DNA of 64,000 nt, taken from IMG/VR virus record IMGVR_UViG_3300035665_000001, positions 124,001 to 188,000 of that record. One strand, written 5' to 3'. Below, in pieces: positions 20,826-31,456 of the stretch. The notes beneath the pieces are model-generated. The model was not told the DNA's origin. It did not search any database and saw nothing but the letters and a program-made list of their open reading frames with translations. Numbering within the stretch: the stretch's first letter is position 1; every line of letters starts with the position of its first letter. A program made the translations under genes and the position numbers.

Positions 20826-21737
20826 ATGATTAAACAACTTATAATGGGTGTTGGTGATAGCACTTCTGGTGGGGGTGCGACGTTATTTACTTTTTCATCA
20901 TTCACTTTTACAAACGCCTCATCAACTGGACGAAATGGCCCAACATTAGCTCAATGTACATCTGCCTATTCTACTCAACCATGGGTATCTAGCACTGCAA
21001 ATTTTAATATGGTAACACAAGGAATACAGTTATGGACTGTTCCCTCAACTGGAACATATCGTATACTCGCAACTGGTGCTGCTGGAGCACAAAGTAATCC
21101 AAAAGCATATACTGCAGGTGGTAATGGTGGTTCGGCACAAGGAGATTTTACTTTAACATCTGGAACTATACTAGCAATCCTTGTTGGACAAATGGGAACT
21201 ATACCACAAACATATTCTGGTGGTTGGGCTGCAGGTAGTGGTGGTGGTGGTTCATTTGTAGTATTGAATTCATCAAATACTCCATTAATTGTTGGAGCAG
21301 GTGGTGGCGGTGGTGGTGATGATGGTGCTACGTACCAAACATTTCAACAAGGTGGACAAGGATCGGTTGTTACGAATTATACTGGCTCAAATGGACTTGC
21401 AGGTAACAATGGTGGTGGTAATGGTGGGGCTGCAGGTGGTGGTTTCAATAATAATGGTGTTAGTGGTTATAACAAAGTTGGTGGTCTTTCTTATCTGAAT
21501 GGTGGCACTGGTGGTAATGGAAATGTTGATTATCCATCTGGACAGATTGGAGGATTTGGTGGTGGCGGTCAGGGTGGTGGTTGTCCTGGCGGTGGTGGTG
21601 GTGGTTTTATAGGTGGGGCATATGGTCCAGGAAACGTAAGTGGACGTGGTGCAACCCATTTTAATTCCGGTTCAAACCAAATAAATACAACTGGTGGTAA
21701 TAGTGGGCATGGTTTCGTCACTATTACAAAATTATAA
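20826..21737 (+). CDS. Glycine-rich (ALK/LTK-like Gly-rich domain) receptor-binding protein
   Basis: TFTNA..TGR.GP, GIQLWTVP.TG.Y.I.A.GA.G, L.ILVGQ.G, GGGGSFV, GGFGGGG. Confidence 0.75.
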   Translation: MIKQLIMGVGDSTSGGGATLFTFSSFTFTNASSTGRNGPTLAQCTSAYSTQPWVSSTANFNMVTQGIQLWTVPSTGTYRILATGAAGAQSNPKAYTAGGNGGSAQGDFTLTSGTILAILVGQMGTIPQTYSGGWAAGSGGGGSFVVLNSSNTPLIVGAGGGGGGDDGATYQTFQQGGQGSVVTNYTGSNGLAGNNGGGNGGAAGGGFNNNGVSGYNKVGGLSYLNGGTGGNGNVDYPSGQIGGFGGGGQGGGCPGGGGGGFIGGAYGPGNVSGRGATHFNSGSNQINTTGGNSGHGFVTITKL

Positions 21738-21762
21738 TAAAAGATTAAAAAGGGGAAAATCT

Positions 21763-22344
21763 ATGTATATTAATACATTAACAAAAGAAACATATAACAC
21801 ATTGGATGACATAAGAACAAGTTTTAGTAGTATATCCTTACCCACAAATTTAACAGATTCAGTATTGTTAACATTTAATATTGTAGAAGTATTAAATTTA
21901 CCAGAACCTCAAGTTACAGATTTACAAGTTGCAATCGAAACAAATGATGTAGAATTGGCAAATGATGGAAATTATGTACAAAAATGGGTTATTACTGATA
22001 AGTTTGCAACTTATACTAATTTTCAAGGGGTAATTGTTACTAAAGAAGAACAGGAACAAAATTTTTTATTAGATAAAAATAAACTACGAGTTCCTTATGC
22101 GATTACACCTATACAAGCAAGAATGGGCTTTTTAAATGTTGGTTTACTTGATAAGGTAGAGACTTTAATAAATGCAGATAAAGTTAAAACTATTTGGTGG
22201 GAATACTCATTAGAAATTCATCGCAACAACGAACATATTTTAAGTTTAACACAGGCATTAAATTTAACTGATACAGAAATGGATGATATTTTTATTTCTG
22301 GTAGAAATTTGGTTCCAGACGTTCTCGCAGATGTTGTTCAGTAA
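21763..22344 (+). CDS. Tail-fibre assembly-like protein
   Basis: VP..ITP.QAR, WWEYS.E..R, L.LTD.EMDDIF; start at MYINT. Confidence 0.65.
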   Translation: MYINTLTKETYNTLDDIRTSFSSISLPTNLTDSVLLTFNIVEVLNLPEPQVTDLQVAIETNDVELANDGNYVQKWVITDKFATYTNFQGVIVTKEEQEQNFLLDKNKLRVPYAITPIQARMGFLNVGLLDKVETLINADKVKTIWWEYSLEIHRNNEHILSLTQALNLTDTEMDDIFISGRNLVPDVLADVVQ

Positions 22345-22451
22345 ATAACATTCTGTTATAATTGACATTTTGTCCCCACTCAAAATTAAATTTGTCTGGG
22401 GATTTTTTGTGCTCGCCGATAAATAATTTTTAATATAATGTGGAGTATAAA

Positions 22452-25139
22452 ATGATTAAAGATATTATTTTGGGTGTTGAATCACCATATACAGTAAGTG
22501 GTAGTAGTGCTGGTGATAAAAATTGGGATAAAGTAAGTTTATTATTGAATGGGGATGATTTGTTTGATCATTCATCAAATACTAAAACTATAAGCAATAC
22601 ATTAACAACCGTTAACAATGCAACAAAAAAATTTGGTAGTGGCAGTTTATCATTTTCATCTTTAGCAACTATGGTTGTACATTCACCTTCTGATAATTTA
22701 ATAAATTGGTTTTCTGGTGGGACTTATACTTTTGAATGTTGGGTTTATCCTACATCAATAACAGATGCAAATTCTGGTGGATCGTTAGTTGGAAATGGGT
22801 GTTCGGATGGATCTAATGGATATAATTATTGGTCATTTGGACCTAAGTCTGATGGTAGACTCGGTTTGTATTATTATACAGGTGGGTTAAACAATGTTTA
22901 TTCAAACTCAACAATCCCGTTTAATGCTTGGACTCATATTGCTTTCACATGTGATGGAACTAATATAAAATTTTGGATAAATGGCAACTTAGATACCAAT
23001 ACCACCATAGTAGGTTCGCCACAAATTTCTAATGCTGCAAACACTGGTGATTTTTCTATGGGTAGATTAGCCGCAGGTGTATTTAGTGGTTACGTTGACG
23101 ATGTTCGAATTACAAAAGGTATTGATAGATATACAGCTAATTTTACGCCACCAACAGCAGCATTGCCAACTTCCATGTTTGTGGCTGATTCATCAGCAAC
23201 ACCTGTTTCTGATCCCAATACATCAAAATATGTTTCTTTGTTATTAAATGGCGATGGTACAAATGGTTCACAAAATAACACTTTCATTGATGGTAGTGTT
23301 AACAATGTAACCATTACTAAGTATGGTGATGCTACTCAAGGTTCTTTTAGTCCTTTCGGTAATTCGTGGAGTGTTTATTTTGATGGCAATGGGGATTATT
23401 TAAGTTTGCAAAATAGTGTTACCAATCAACCAGGCAATGGAGATTTTACTATAGAATGTTGGGTTAACGTAGATTACATTTCTTCGTATCAAATTATATT
23501 TTGTAAAGGTGAAGGGATAACTTCGGGTGAAATGTTTTTTGCTGTTACTGCATCTGGTTATATTGTATTGTATAACCCCTCAGTAACAAGTTCAAATACA
23601 ATTACTCCAGGTTTATGGAATCATGTAGCATTAGTTAGACAATCCGGAGTAATAAAAATATTCGTAAATGGTGTTGGTGGGACAGGTGTAAATGATTCGA
23701 CAAATTTCAATTCTACAAGCTATTTTAATTTAGGAGATAGAAATGCAGGTGCTAGTTATTTAAACTATCCGTTAAAGGGTGCAATATCAAATTTTAGAAT
23801 GGTGAAAGGTAGTGCACTTTATACTGCTAACTTTACACCATCTACAGCACCATTAGTTGCAGTAACGGGAACAACATTATTGATGTGTCAATCAAACGGG
23901 TTTATTGATAACAGCTCTAATAATTCTTTGATTACTGTTTATGGTGAAACTAAAATTATTAAAAGTAGTCCATTTCCCGAAATATATGATAAGAATGTTC
24001 ATGGAGGCAGTGTTTATTTTGATGGAACTGGTGATTATTTGAGTATGCCTAGTTCTGCTAATTATGCGTTTGATACCAGTGATTTTACAGTGGAAGCCTG
24101 GGTTAACCCAGCTACTGTTGGGTTATTGTGTGTTTTTCAATGTAGAGATACTGCATCTAATGGTATGTGGTTGGGATTATATAATGGTAACGTATTTTGG
24201 TATGATTCGGCAATTGGTACATGGAGTGGTACTGCGGTAAAATTAAATAGCTGGACACATTTAGCTTGGTCGAGAAATTCTAGTACATGCAGAATGTTTG
24301 TAAATGGTGATGATGTTGGAGTTACAAAAACATCAAATGCAAATTATACAAGCACTAATGCGAAAATAAGTTATGATGCTAGTAATAATGGTAATTATTT
24401 TAATGGTTATATTTCAAATTTGCGAGCAGTAAAAGGAACCGCACTTTACACTGTAAATTTTACACCAGGTACAAGTCCATTAAGTCAGGTATCCAATACG
24501 ATTTTACTGTTAAAATTTGATAATGCCGGGATTTATGATGCAATAGGTAAAAACGATTTAATAACTTATGGCAACTCTCAAATTAGTACAACCCAAAAGA
24601 AATATGGTACAGGTGCTATGTATTTTGATGGTAGTAGTTATGTAAAAATTCCAACTAGTGTTGGTGGAGATTTAGATTTTCAATCTATTGATTTTACTAT
24701 AGAATTTTGGGCAAATAGTCCAATGAGTGCAAATCAAGGATGGGTTGATAAGTGGGGAAGTAGTAGTAGCAGATCTGTGTTCATAGGATACTCAAATTCA
24801 TCACCTAGTTCAGGTGTGAATTTTAACTGGACTACTAATGGTACTAATTGGAGTGCAATTAATTCTTTATCTATCCCATCTGCAAATGTATGGCATCATT
24901 ACGCTGCAATTAGAAATGGTAATACATTAAACTTTTTTATTGATGGTGTTTCTCAAGGTACTGCATCGATAAGTGGTTCTATATATTCTAGTTCATCACC
25001 GTTTATTATTGGTTGTAATGGTGAAACACTAGGTTCTAGTTGGTATTATACGGGGTATATTGATGATTTGCGTATAATCAAAGGGAAAGCACTTTATACT
25101 GCAAATTTTACCCCTCCATCTGCACCATTATCATTATAA
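22452..25139 (+). CDS. Four-domain LamG/concanavalin-A-like receptor-binding protein 1
   Basis: Four repeats of FT.E.W...W.H.A..R...G.I...R..KG..YT.NFTP; MIKDIILG leader. Confidence 0.85.
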   Translation: MIKDIILGVESPYTVSGSSAGDKNWDKVSLLLNGDDLFDHSSNTKTISNTLTTVNNATKKFGSGSLSFSSLATMVVHSPSDNLINWFSGGTYTFECWVYPTSITDANSGGSLVGNGCSDGSNGYNYWSFGPKSDGRLGLYYYTGGLNNVYSNSTIPFNAWTHIAFTCDGTNIKFWINGNLDTNTTIVGSPQISNAANTGDFSMGRLAAGVFSGYVDDVRITKGIDRYTANFTPPTAALPTSMFVADSSATPVSDPNTSKYVSLLLNGDGTNGSQNNTFIDGSVNNVTITKYGDATQGSFSPFGNSWSVYFDGNGDYLSLQNSVTNQPGNGDFTIECWVNVDYISSYQIIFCKGEGITSGEMFFAVTASGYIVLYNPSVTSSNTITPGLWNHVALVRQSGVIKIFVNGVGGTGVNDSTNFNSTSYFNLGDRNAGASYLNYPLKGAISNFRMVKGSALYTANFTPSTAPLVAVTGTTLLMCQSNGFIDNSSNNSLITVYGETKIIKSSPFPEIYDKNVHGGSVYFDGTGDYLSMPSSANYAFDTSDFTVEAWVNPATVGLLCVFQCRDTASNGMWLGLYNGNVFWYDSAIGTWSGTAVKLNSWTHLAWSRNSSTCRMFVNGDDVGVTKTSNANYTSTNAKISYDASNNGNYFNGYISNLRAVKGTALYTVNFTPGTSPLSQVSNTILLLKFDNAGIYDAIGKNDLITYGNSQISTTQKKYGTGAMYFDGSSYVKIPTSVGGDLDFQSIDFTIEFWANSPMSANQGWVDKWGSSSSRSVFIGYSNSSPSSGVNFNWTTNGTNWSAINSLSIPSANVWHHYAAIRNGNTLNFFIDGVSQGTASISGSIYSSSSPFIIGCNGETLGSSWYYTGYIDDLRIIKGKALYTANFTPPSAPLSL

Positions 25140-25194
25140 TTTTTAGTTTGATTAATACCCTTCATATCGATTAAGATGGGAAGGGTATTTTTAA

Positions 25195-25371
25195 TTAACT
25201 GATATTATACTTAGAAGGGTAGATTAAGGTTATAACAAAATGAGGATATTTTTTATCAACAATTTTCCTAACATCCTGTGGATTATCAGCAATAATTGCA
25301 AAATGGGTCTCTGAACTAGGAGTTGTATCTTTGTTATATCTACCAAAAACTTCAAAACTACTTTTACACAT
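25195..25371 (-). CDS. Small hypothetical protein (58 aa, not in ORF track)
   Basis: ATG at 25371 with AGAGGG RBS; reads MCKSSFEVFGRY...YNIS*. Confidence 0.4.
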   Translation of the reverse strand: MCKSSFEVFGRYNKDTTPSSETHFAIIADNPQDVRKIVDKKYPHFVITLIYPSKYNIS

Positions 25372-25404
25372 AACAATCGGCCCTCTAAAAAATAATTTAA
25401 CTTA

Positions 25405-26019
25405 TCAAAATAATATATCTGTTGTTTTTTGATTTTTGAATTCTTGTAATTCTTTTACATTATATGACATGCGATGTACTTCACAATAACCATAATTTTT
25501 TATAGCAGAAATATGTTCTTTGGTAGCATAACCAACATTATTTAAAAAATTATAATTTGGATATTTTTTATGATGTTCACTCATAAGTGAATCTTTAGTA
25601 TGTTTTGCGATGATAGATGCTGCACCAACACCTTTTACTAATGCGTCTGCTTTTATTAACGTTGTTAAGTTTTTATTGGTTACACCGAACGTTTTATTTC
25701 CATCATATAAGTAATTTTCATTTTTACCAAAATGGTCAATAATATTCTCTAATGATCTTTTAATCATTGCAGACAATCCAAACACATCAATATCTTTTGC
25801 AGTTGTTATTACTGAAAAATATTCACTATTAGATTTGATTTTATCAACTAAGTCATTTCGTTGTTTAGTGGATAATTTTTTAGAATCATTAGCAAAAGAA
25901 ACATCACCAGTTATTTTTAATCCAGTAAATACCATTTCAGCTGCTAAACACCCTCTACCTGCTTCGTCTATGAATACATAATTCTTATAAATTTCATCAT
26001 AATTTGTTACATCAATCAT
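25405..26019 (-). CDS. rnhB: Ribonuclease HII
   Basis: IDEAGRG, DSKKLS, DG, KAD...V.AASIIAK, N.GY.T.EH, HR.SY motifs. Confidence 0.93.
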   Translation of the reverse strand: MIDVTNYDEIYKNYVFIDEAGRGCLAAEMVFTGLKITGDVSFANDSKKLSTKQRNDLVDKIKSNSEYFSVITTAKDIDVFGLSAMIKRSLENIIDHFGKNENYLYDGNKTFGVTNKNLTTLIKADALVKGVGAASIIAKHTKDSLMSEHHKKYPNYNFLNNVGYATKEHISAIKNYGYCEVHRMSYNVKELQEFKNQKTTDILF

Positions 26020-26126
26020 AGATTATATCCTTATTTCTAAAAAATTACCCGTTAATATTTATTTAACATTTTTTCAGATTCACTGAAAAACTTTCAACAG
26101 TCGACAATTTTTTTTGTTATCAAATT

Positions 26127-26321
26127 TTAAACATTATCCCATTGTAAACCTTCTACTAATTTTTCTACAGCTAGATTTTTGGCTTTAGATTCACACATCA
26201 TATCTGCCCACGATAGATGAGTTAAAGCCCAATCATTAACAGCTATATTCCAGTAGAAATCGGAATGAGCACGCAATTTGGATTTAGTGTAACCGGCGGC
26301 AACTAATGAAGGTAAATCTGG
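26127..26321 (-). pseudogene. uvsE: C-terminal remnant of UV-damage endonuclease
   Basis: Manual translation PDL..LVAAGY.KSKLRAHSDFYWN.AVNDWAL....ADMMCESKAKNLA; in-frame stop upstream and no start codon before the conserved part. Confidence 0.75.
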
Positions 26322-26403
26322 AAAACTCCAGTTAAAAAAAGAATATAAATATTATACCATATATCTTTAACTGTGTCAAGATATGTTACCAATTGTTTTA
26401 GTT

Positions 26404-26724
26404 TCACCATTCAATCATGACTTTGGTGTTGATTTGAGTATTGCGTAAAGCATGTTCGACATAAACAACATCAAAATTTCGACTTAACATTTCTATACAA
26501 ATTAAACGAGTTAACACTTTTCTATGTTGTTCATCTGAAACGATAAAAGTGTGATTTCCATCATGTATAGTGTTTGTTGAAATGTTAAAGCCCACTGCAT
26601 TCCTTGAAGGTTTAATAGCTAATATCATCGATTTTATTTCATCGAGAATTGATGAAAATCCCTCATAGTAACAATCTTTTGATGGTGGTTCGGGGGTTTT
26701 TCTAAGTGCGTCAGCATTTATCAT
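26404..26724 (-). CDS. Hypothetical protein
   Basis: AGGA RBS; in an operon. Confidence 0.6.
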   Translation of the reverse strand: MINADALRKTPEPPSKDCYYEGFSSILDEIKSMILAIKPSRNAVGFNISTNTIHDGNHTFIVSDEQHRKVLTRLICIEMLSRNFDVVYVEHALRNTQINTKVMIEW

Positions 26725-26746
26725 TTTTTGAATATCCTACTAATTT

Positions 26747-27094
26747 TCACATCATTGCAAATGATAAACTATTTAAGATTTGCAATGATGTTTTATTTAA
26801 TGCATATTGAAAGTTGGTGTTGTCAAAATTTAAAAGTTCCCATAGAGTTAAATCTATATCACCACCACACACAGTCATATTTTTAAATGCACTACTAAAC
26901 GTATATTCGATTTCTGATATTAAATACTGTTTAGTAAAGTCCTCATCACATTCTTTAACCACATGATTAACACATTCGTTAAAATGTGGGCAAATTTTTG
27001 AATAATGTCCATCAAACATTTTTATCAGTGCATTATCACCCGAAGTTTGATTTCTTAAACTTAATTCAGAGTATAAAATAGCAAAATAATTCAT
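26747..27094 (-). CDS. Hypothetical protein
   Basis: AAGG RBS. Confidence 0.6.
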   Translation of the reverse strand: MNYFAILYSELSLRNQTSGDNALIKMFDGHYSKICPHFNECVNHVVKECDEDFTKQYLISEIEYTFSSAFKNMTVCGGDIDLTLWELLNFDNTNFQYALNKTSLQILNSLSFAMM

Positions 27095-27168
27095 GTAGTT
27101 TTTTACCTTTTTTTGACGTTTTTTGTATTTAGTGGATATAGTTAAAAATTCTTTTGATTAAAAAATTT

Positions 27169-29193
27169 TCAATCTATATGATTTGTATAGAAATTTTGTT
27201 CTTCATTATACAAAGAATCTAACATCATTTCAATTCGAACTAATTCTAATTCGTCTTTGGTTGTGTTTAAACTTGTTTTTTTCAATTTATCTAATTTAAA
27301 CTCATATAAATTAATTTTATCTTTAATTTCATATTTACTTTTTTCCAAGTTTATAAATTCATCACTCACCATTTTCTGTGAAAATACAGTCGAATTTAAA
27401 GATTTTGAATTTGTTAGATTCAAGTATTTCTTAAAATCAGCAGATGATAATAGATATTGTAAGTTATCATTGGTTGATTTAATAAAAATACCATTTTGTT
27501 CACTTTCATAATATTCGGTATTATGTTGAAAACTACCAAATTCATCTTTTTTATAAACTTCATGTAAATAGGGATTATATAATAAATCGGCGTCACTAGG
27601 GTTATCGACAACTACACCATACTCACCGAATTTTACAGAATTGGTATTGTAATTCTGTAACCAAATTTTTTCATCTACATTTAAAATTTTTATTTTATCA
27701 GTTATTTCAGATTTAACAATCGCAAAACAGTCCCCGTAATTATCAATATGAATACTTTTCGATTTTGTAGAGTTAAACCCTAAAAGAACATAGGCTTTCT
27801 CATCAATATCAATAAGTTGCATGTTATCAATGTGAGGCATTATATGTTTGATTACGTCCTCATCTTCCAAATCCGCTTTTTCAATAATTGAAAACCATTT
27901 TGAATAATTGAATACTTTATTATATTCCATTGAAAAATAATCGGTTTTTGAGCTGGAAACAATTTTTTCTAATGATAGTTGGTTAAACAATTCAATTAGT
28001 GGGTGGTTAATATCATTAGTTTCACCAATTAAAAATGATGTACACAGGTTTAATGGGCAGTATTTTTCCTGTATAATTTTTTTATAAAATGAATATTGGT
28101 CCTGTTTATTTTCATCAACCCAATCATAAAAATCTACACCATGATAAGGATTAAAGATCTTTTTTGTTAATGAGAAAAACAATTTATTTAAATTTGTTGA
28201 TTTTAGATTATATTCACTTAATAATACCACTTGATCGATTATAGATTTTGGTATTTTTACTCTTCCTAGATATGAAATATCTTGCCATACGGGTAATTTT
28301 GCAATTTCATCGGAAATATGTAAATTTTCTCGACTGTTTTTATTATTTTTCATAGTTTGAAAAAATAACGAAAACACATTCCAGTGGGATTTTAAATTTT
28401 GGTCGAAATCATTTTTTCGATTGTATATAGTTTTGATTAATAATGGAGGTAATTTAGAACAATCCTCTAAATATGCCATTGCTAAAAATTTATTGAATAA
28501 ATCGTCAGCATACGCAGGTTTTATTTGATTGTGTATAGATTTATAAATGCTAGATGCAATTAAATAGAAATCTTCATCAATTTCTTTTTCAGTCTCACCA
28601 CTTTGTGCTATCATCAATTTAGTTAAATTTCCATAGAAACTATTATAACTCATTACTAGATAAAATTCTTTAAAATCATCGTAACTCATGTTGAAAATTG
28701 ACCATGATTGGCGAAATTCTTCTTTTCTATTGAATACTACAAAACTATCAAAATTACTCACCACTGCTAATTCTGAATTAGATGTTTGAAACAAATATTT
28801 AGCACCCTGTGTGATTGGTGATAATTTACCACTCTTTTTAAATAAGTCCGGTGTATCTAACGCTTTTAATTCGATAACAACTTTGATTGTTTTTTTATCA
28901 TTTGCATAAAAAACACCATCAATTCTCTCTTCCTTTTTTCCAGCACCATTGGTAGTCCAACTTTCTCTGGATTTTAATTTTTTTGGATAACCTAAAATTT
29001 CACAAAAAATTTCATCGATCCATTCTGCATCAAAAGTTGATTCTGAGTATAATCGTTTATCATTTTTGTATTCGTTTCTGAAAGTTTGGAGTTTATTCCA
29101 AGCATCACTATATTCTGTTTCGGAATAATTATCAATAAATTTGTTGAGCACTAATTCAGTAATTAAAGTTTTGTTGTTAAACATTTTTATCAC
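27169..29193 (-). CDS. Type I/IIG restriction-endonuclease-like (HsdR_N PD-(D/E)xK) protein lacking methyltransferase motifs
   Basis: IF..ILGY, RIDG, VIELKA, Q..KY, AVVSNF, FL...YLED..LP; no FxGxG or NPPY seen. Confidence 0.6.
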   Translation of the reverse strand: MIKMFNNKTLITELVLNKFIDNYSETEYSDAWNKLQTFRNEYKNDKRLYSESTFDAEWIDEIFCEILGYPKKLKSRESWTTNGAGKKEERIDGVFYANDKKTIKVVIELKALDTPDLFKKSGKLSPITQGAKYLFQTSNSELAVVSNFDSFVVFNRKEEFRQSWSIFNMSYDDFKEFYLVMSYNSFYGNLTKLMIAQSGETEKEIDEDFYLIASSIYKSIHNQIKPAYADDLFNKFLAMAYLEDCSKLPPLLIKTIYNRKNDFDQNLKSHWNVFSLFFQTMKNNKNSRENLHISDEIAKLPVWQDISYLGRVKIPKSIIDQVVLLSEYNLKSTNLNKLFFSLTKKIFNPYHGVDFYDWVDENKQDQYSFYKKIIQEKYCPLNLCTSFLIGETNDINHPLIELFNQLSLEKIVSSSKTDYFSMEYNKVFNYSKWFSIIEKADLEDEDVIKHIMPHIDNMQLIDIDEKAYVLLGFNSTKSKSIHIDNYGDCFAIVKSEITDKIKILNVDEKIWLQNYNTNSVKFGEYGVVVDNPSDADLLYNPYLHEVYKKDEFGSFQHNTEYYESEQNGIFIKSTNDNLQYLLSSADFKKYLNLTNSKSLNSTVFSQKMVSDEFINLEKSKYEIKDKINLYEFKLDKLKKTSLNTTKDELELVRIEMMLDSLYNEEQNFYTNHID

Positions 29194-29260
29194 CTAAACA
29201 AATGAAACTAAGACAAATGACCATCATATTAAAGATGGTCATTAAACCATAAAATTCGTA

Positions 29261-29452
29261 TCACCCTTCACATTTACAAACTTTTACAACTTCGAGTAAC
29301 GCATCATATTTCCCAGTGTAATATTGAACAAGTTCATTTATTTCATCTCTAGTTTTACCCGAACCATCTATTGCTGTTTGGTCGTTTAATACTTTACTCC
29401 AGTTATTTTTTTTTGCTTCGGCTGCATAAATCATTGATTTGATTGTATTCAT
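29261..29452 (-). CDS. Hypothetical protein
   Basis: Short ORF followed by a hairpin at about 29218-29243. Confidence 0.5.
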   Translation of the reverse strand: MNTIKSMIYAAEAKKNNWSKVLNDQTAIDGSGKTRDEINELVQYYTGKYDALLEVVKVCKCEG

Positions 29453-29609
29453 AATCTTTTGATGTCCTTAAAATGTTGCTACGTTAAAACCTAAAAAATT
29501 TTGATGTTAGATTTAATTTATTTTCAGAGCATTTGAAATAATTCAACGCCATTTTTAGTTCAGTTTTATAAGTTGAACAAACCTTATTAGATTATTTTAC
29601 CAAATTTTT

Positions 29610-29873
29610 TCACTTAGTAAGTCTTTTATTATGCACTACATACGGTGTTTCTCCACTATGAATTGTTGTATCATCATATGTTTTCGTGTCATATGTTGGT
29701 AAATTTTCATTTTTTGGTGGTATTGATGAACTCCTTGTATGCACAAATTTACGCCCAGATTCCGAATTAGTAGATTCTGGTGTTTTTTGTAATACTTCAT
29801 CTTTAATTTTTGATGATTGTGAGTTATCTATTGTTTTTTTAGTATGCACTAAAACCATTCCTTTTTGAGTCAT
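29610..29873 (-). CDS. Low-complexity hypothetical protein
   Basis: AAGGA RBS; coupled to the upstream gene. Confidence 0.55.
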   Translation of the reverse strand: MTQKGMVLVHTKKTIDNSQSSKIKDEVLQKTPESTNSESGRKFVHTRSSSIPPKNENLPTYDTKTYDDTTIHSGETPYVVHNKRLTK

Positions 29874-29877
29874 ATGA

Positions 29878-30306
29878 TTATCCTTTTAAATCAGCTGTAA
29901 GTAACTCCAATTTTTTTTCCCAATCGAGAATATCTTCCAAAAAAAATGGTTCGTTATTGTCAAATGTAGTATATTCATCACCTAAAGAATCGGAATAAAG
30001 CACTCCATCATCATGTTTTTTATTAGTTTTTTCCACTACTCTGGTTGGTGGTGTAGTATTTTCATGAACTATTACATTCTGTTTCAAATTCAAAACTTTA
30101 TTGGGTTCGGTAATCATTATTTTACCAGGCTCAACAGTCTCACGCATTTGCTGGATTATTTCTGCATGTGGTGAAGGTTTTGTTTCTGAAACATACACAC
30201 TATCAATCTTTTTTACTTCATCGACCAAATCAGAATCGGTTCGTTTATGTTTATCTGATCGTCCCCATTGACTTTTACCATGGGTAATAATTATTCCCAT
30301 ATTCAC
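29878..30306 (-). CDS. Low-complexity hypothetical protein
   Basis: GGAG RBS. Confidence 0.6.
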   Translation of the reverse strand: MNMGIIITHGKSQWGRSDKHKRTDSDLVDEVKKIDSVYVSETKPSPHAEIIQQMRETVEPGKIMITEPNKVLNLKQNVIVHENTTPPTRVVEKTNKKHDDGVLYSDSLGDEYTTFDNNEPFFLEDILDWEKKLELLTADLKG

Positions 30307-30339
30307 TCCAATAATAATTTTAATATTTTTTGGTTATAT

Positions 30340-30606
30340 TTATATTAATTTTTCGGGGTAATGTAATTCTAACTGTTTTGTAAATTGTGGTTTTATTTTT
30401 ATTTCAATTGGAGTTATCACATCTATAGTTCCGTCAGTGTTATATCTTATACATATACTGACATATTTTTCATTCATAATATGTACATAATTTGATGAAA
30501 TAAAATTATTAATATTATGTTCCATATTATGAATTAGATTCTCAGTCAATAATTCAAATGATGAACTATCGGTTAATTGTTCGATGTAATCAATCAAACT
30601 TTTCAT
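30340..30606 (-). CDS. Hypothetical protein ending in YPEKLI
   Basis: ORF in a tight operon. Confidence 0.6.
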   Translation of the reverse strand: MKSLIDYIEQLTDSSSFELLTENLIHNMEHNINNFISSNYVHIMNEKYVSICIRYNTDGTIDVITPIEIKIKPQFTKQLELHYPEKLI

Positions 30607-30607
30607 T

Positions 30608-31135
30608 TTAAATTGGTGATCTATTGATGAAACTATGAATCTTATATGAAATTATATTTGTGATGAATCCTACGGTTTCAACAAACAAATAATGGGAATC
30701 AATCGTTTCATCGGATACTAATTTATTTAGATTTTTAATTTTTTGTGAACACAAATCCATATCATCTAAGGCAACTACTTTATATCCATCATTAAGTAAA
30801 TTAATAATGTCGTTAAATCTGCAACCTGACGATAAACCAATTATTCGATTACCGATACCATCACTGATAGTTTGAAAAGCTTCATATTCATCTTTTTGAT
30901 TTTTGTGTGAAATTTTTCGATTATATGCTAGACAATTTGTTACTTCGTCAATTTTCAAAATTGAATACCACGATGATGTTATGAACACACCCATATTATA
31001 CTTTTCCAACATCATTGATATTCTTTTCATGTTTAACTGTAACAAATGTAATGAATCATCAACTTGTCCAAAACAAGTATAGTCGGATGGAAGGATACAA
31101 TCATCTATATCTAAGCACAAAATATGTTGGTACAT
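30608..31135 (-). CDS. HAD-superfamily protein (RNA-repair-associated HAD-like)
   Basis: LCLDIDD, FITSSW, VALDD motifs. Confidence 0.7.
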   Translation of the reverse strand: MYQHILCLDIDDCILPSDYTCFGQVDDSLHLLQLNMKRISMMLEKYNMGVFITSSWYSILKIDEVTNCLAYNRKISHKNQKDEYEAFQTISDGIGNRIIGLSSGCRFNDIINLLNDGYKVVALDDMDLCSQKIKNLNKLVSDETIDSHYLFVETVGFITNIISYKIHSFINRSPI

Positions 31136-31136
31136 G

Positions 31137-31409
31137 TTAAAAATGTTCCTCTGATGAAAAATTTGAATGGATGTTATTTGAAATGTAAAAATTTTCTACG
31201 ATTTTTCGTTCTTTTGGTATAGTAGATAGTTTCATATCTATTACACTTTTTTGAATGTAACCTAACCATCGGTTTGCTTTACCTTCGGGCATTGAATCAA
31301 TCTTATCAATTATGGTTAAGCACATATTTCTAAGATGTTGATCTCTATTAAAACCAAGCATTTTTAAATATCTATTTGCAAGTAGTAATATTATATCTTT
31401 TTCATTCAT
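31137..31409 (-). CDS. Hypothetical phage protein
   Basis: HL..MC...KANRWLGYIQ motif; TAGTATAAT upstream. Confidence 0.65.
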   Translation of the reverse strand: MNEKDIILLLANRYLKMLGFNRDQHLRNMCLTIIDKIDSMPEGKANRWLGYIQKSVIDMKLSTIPKERKIVENFYISNNIHSNFSSEEHF

Positions 31410-31456
31410 TTAATAAATCCTTTAGTTATTAATATTATACTATAATTAATTGGATT

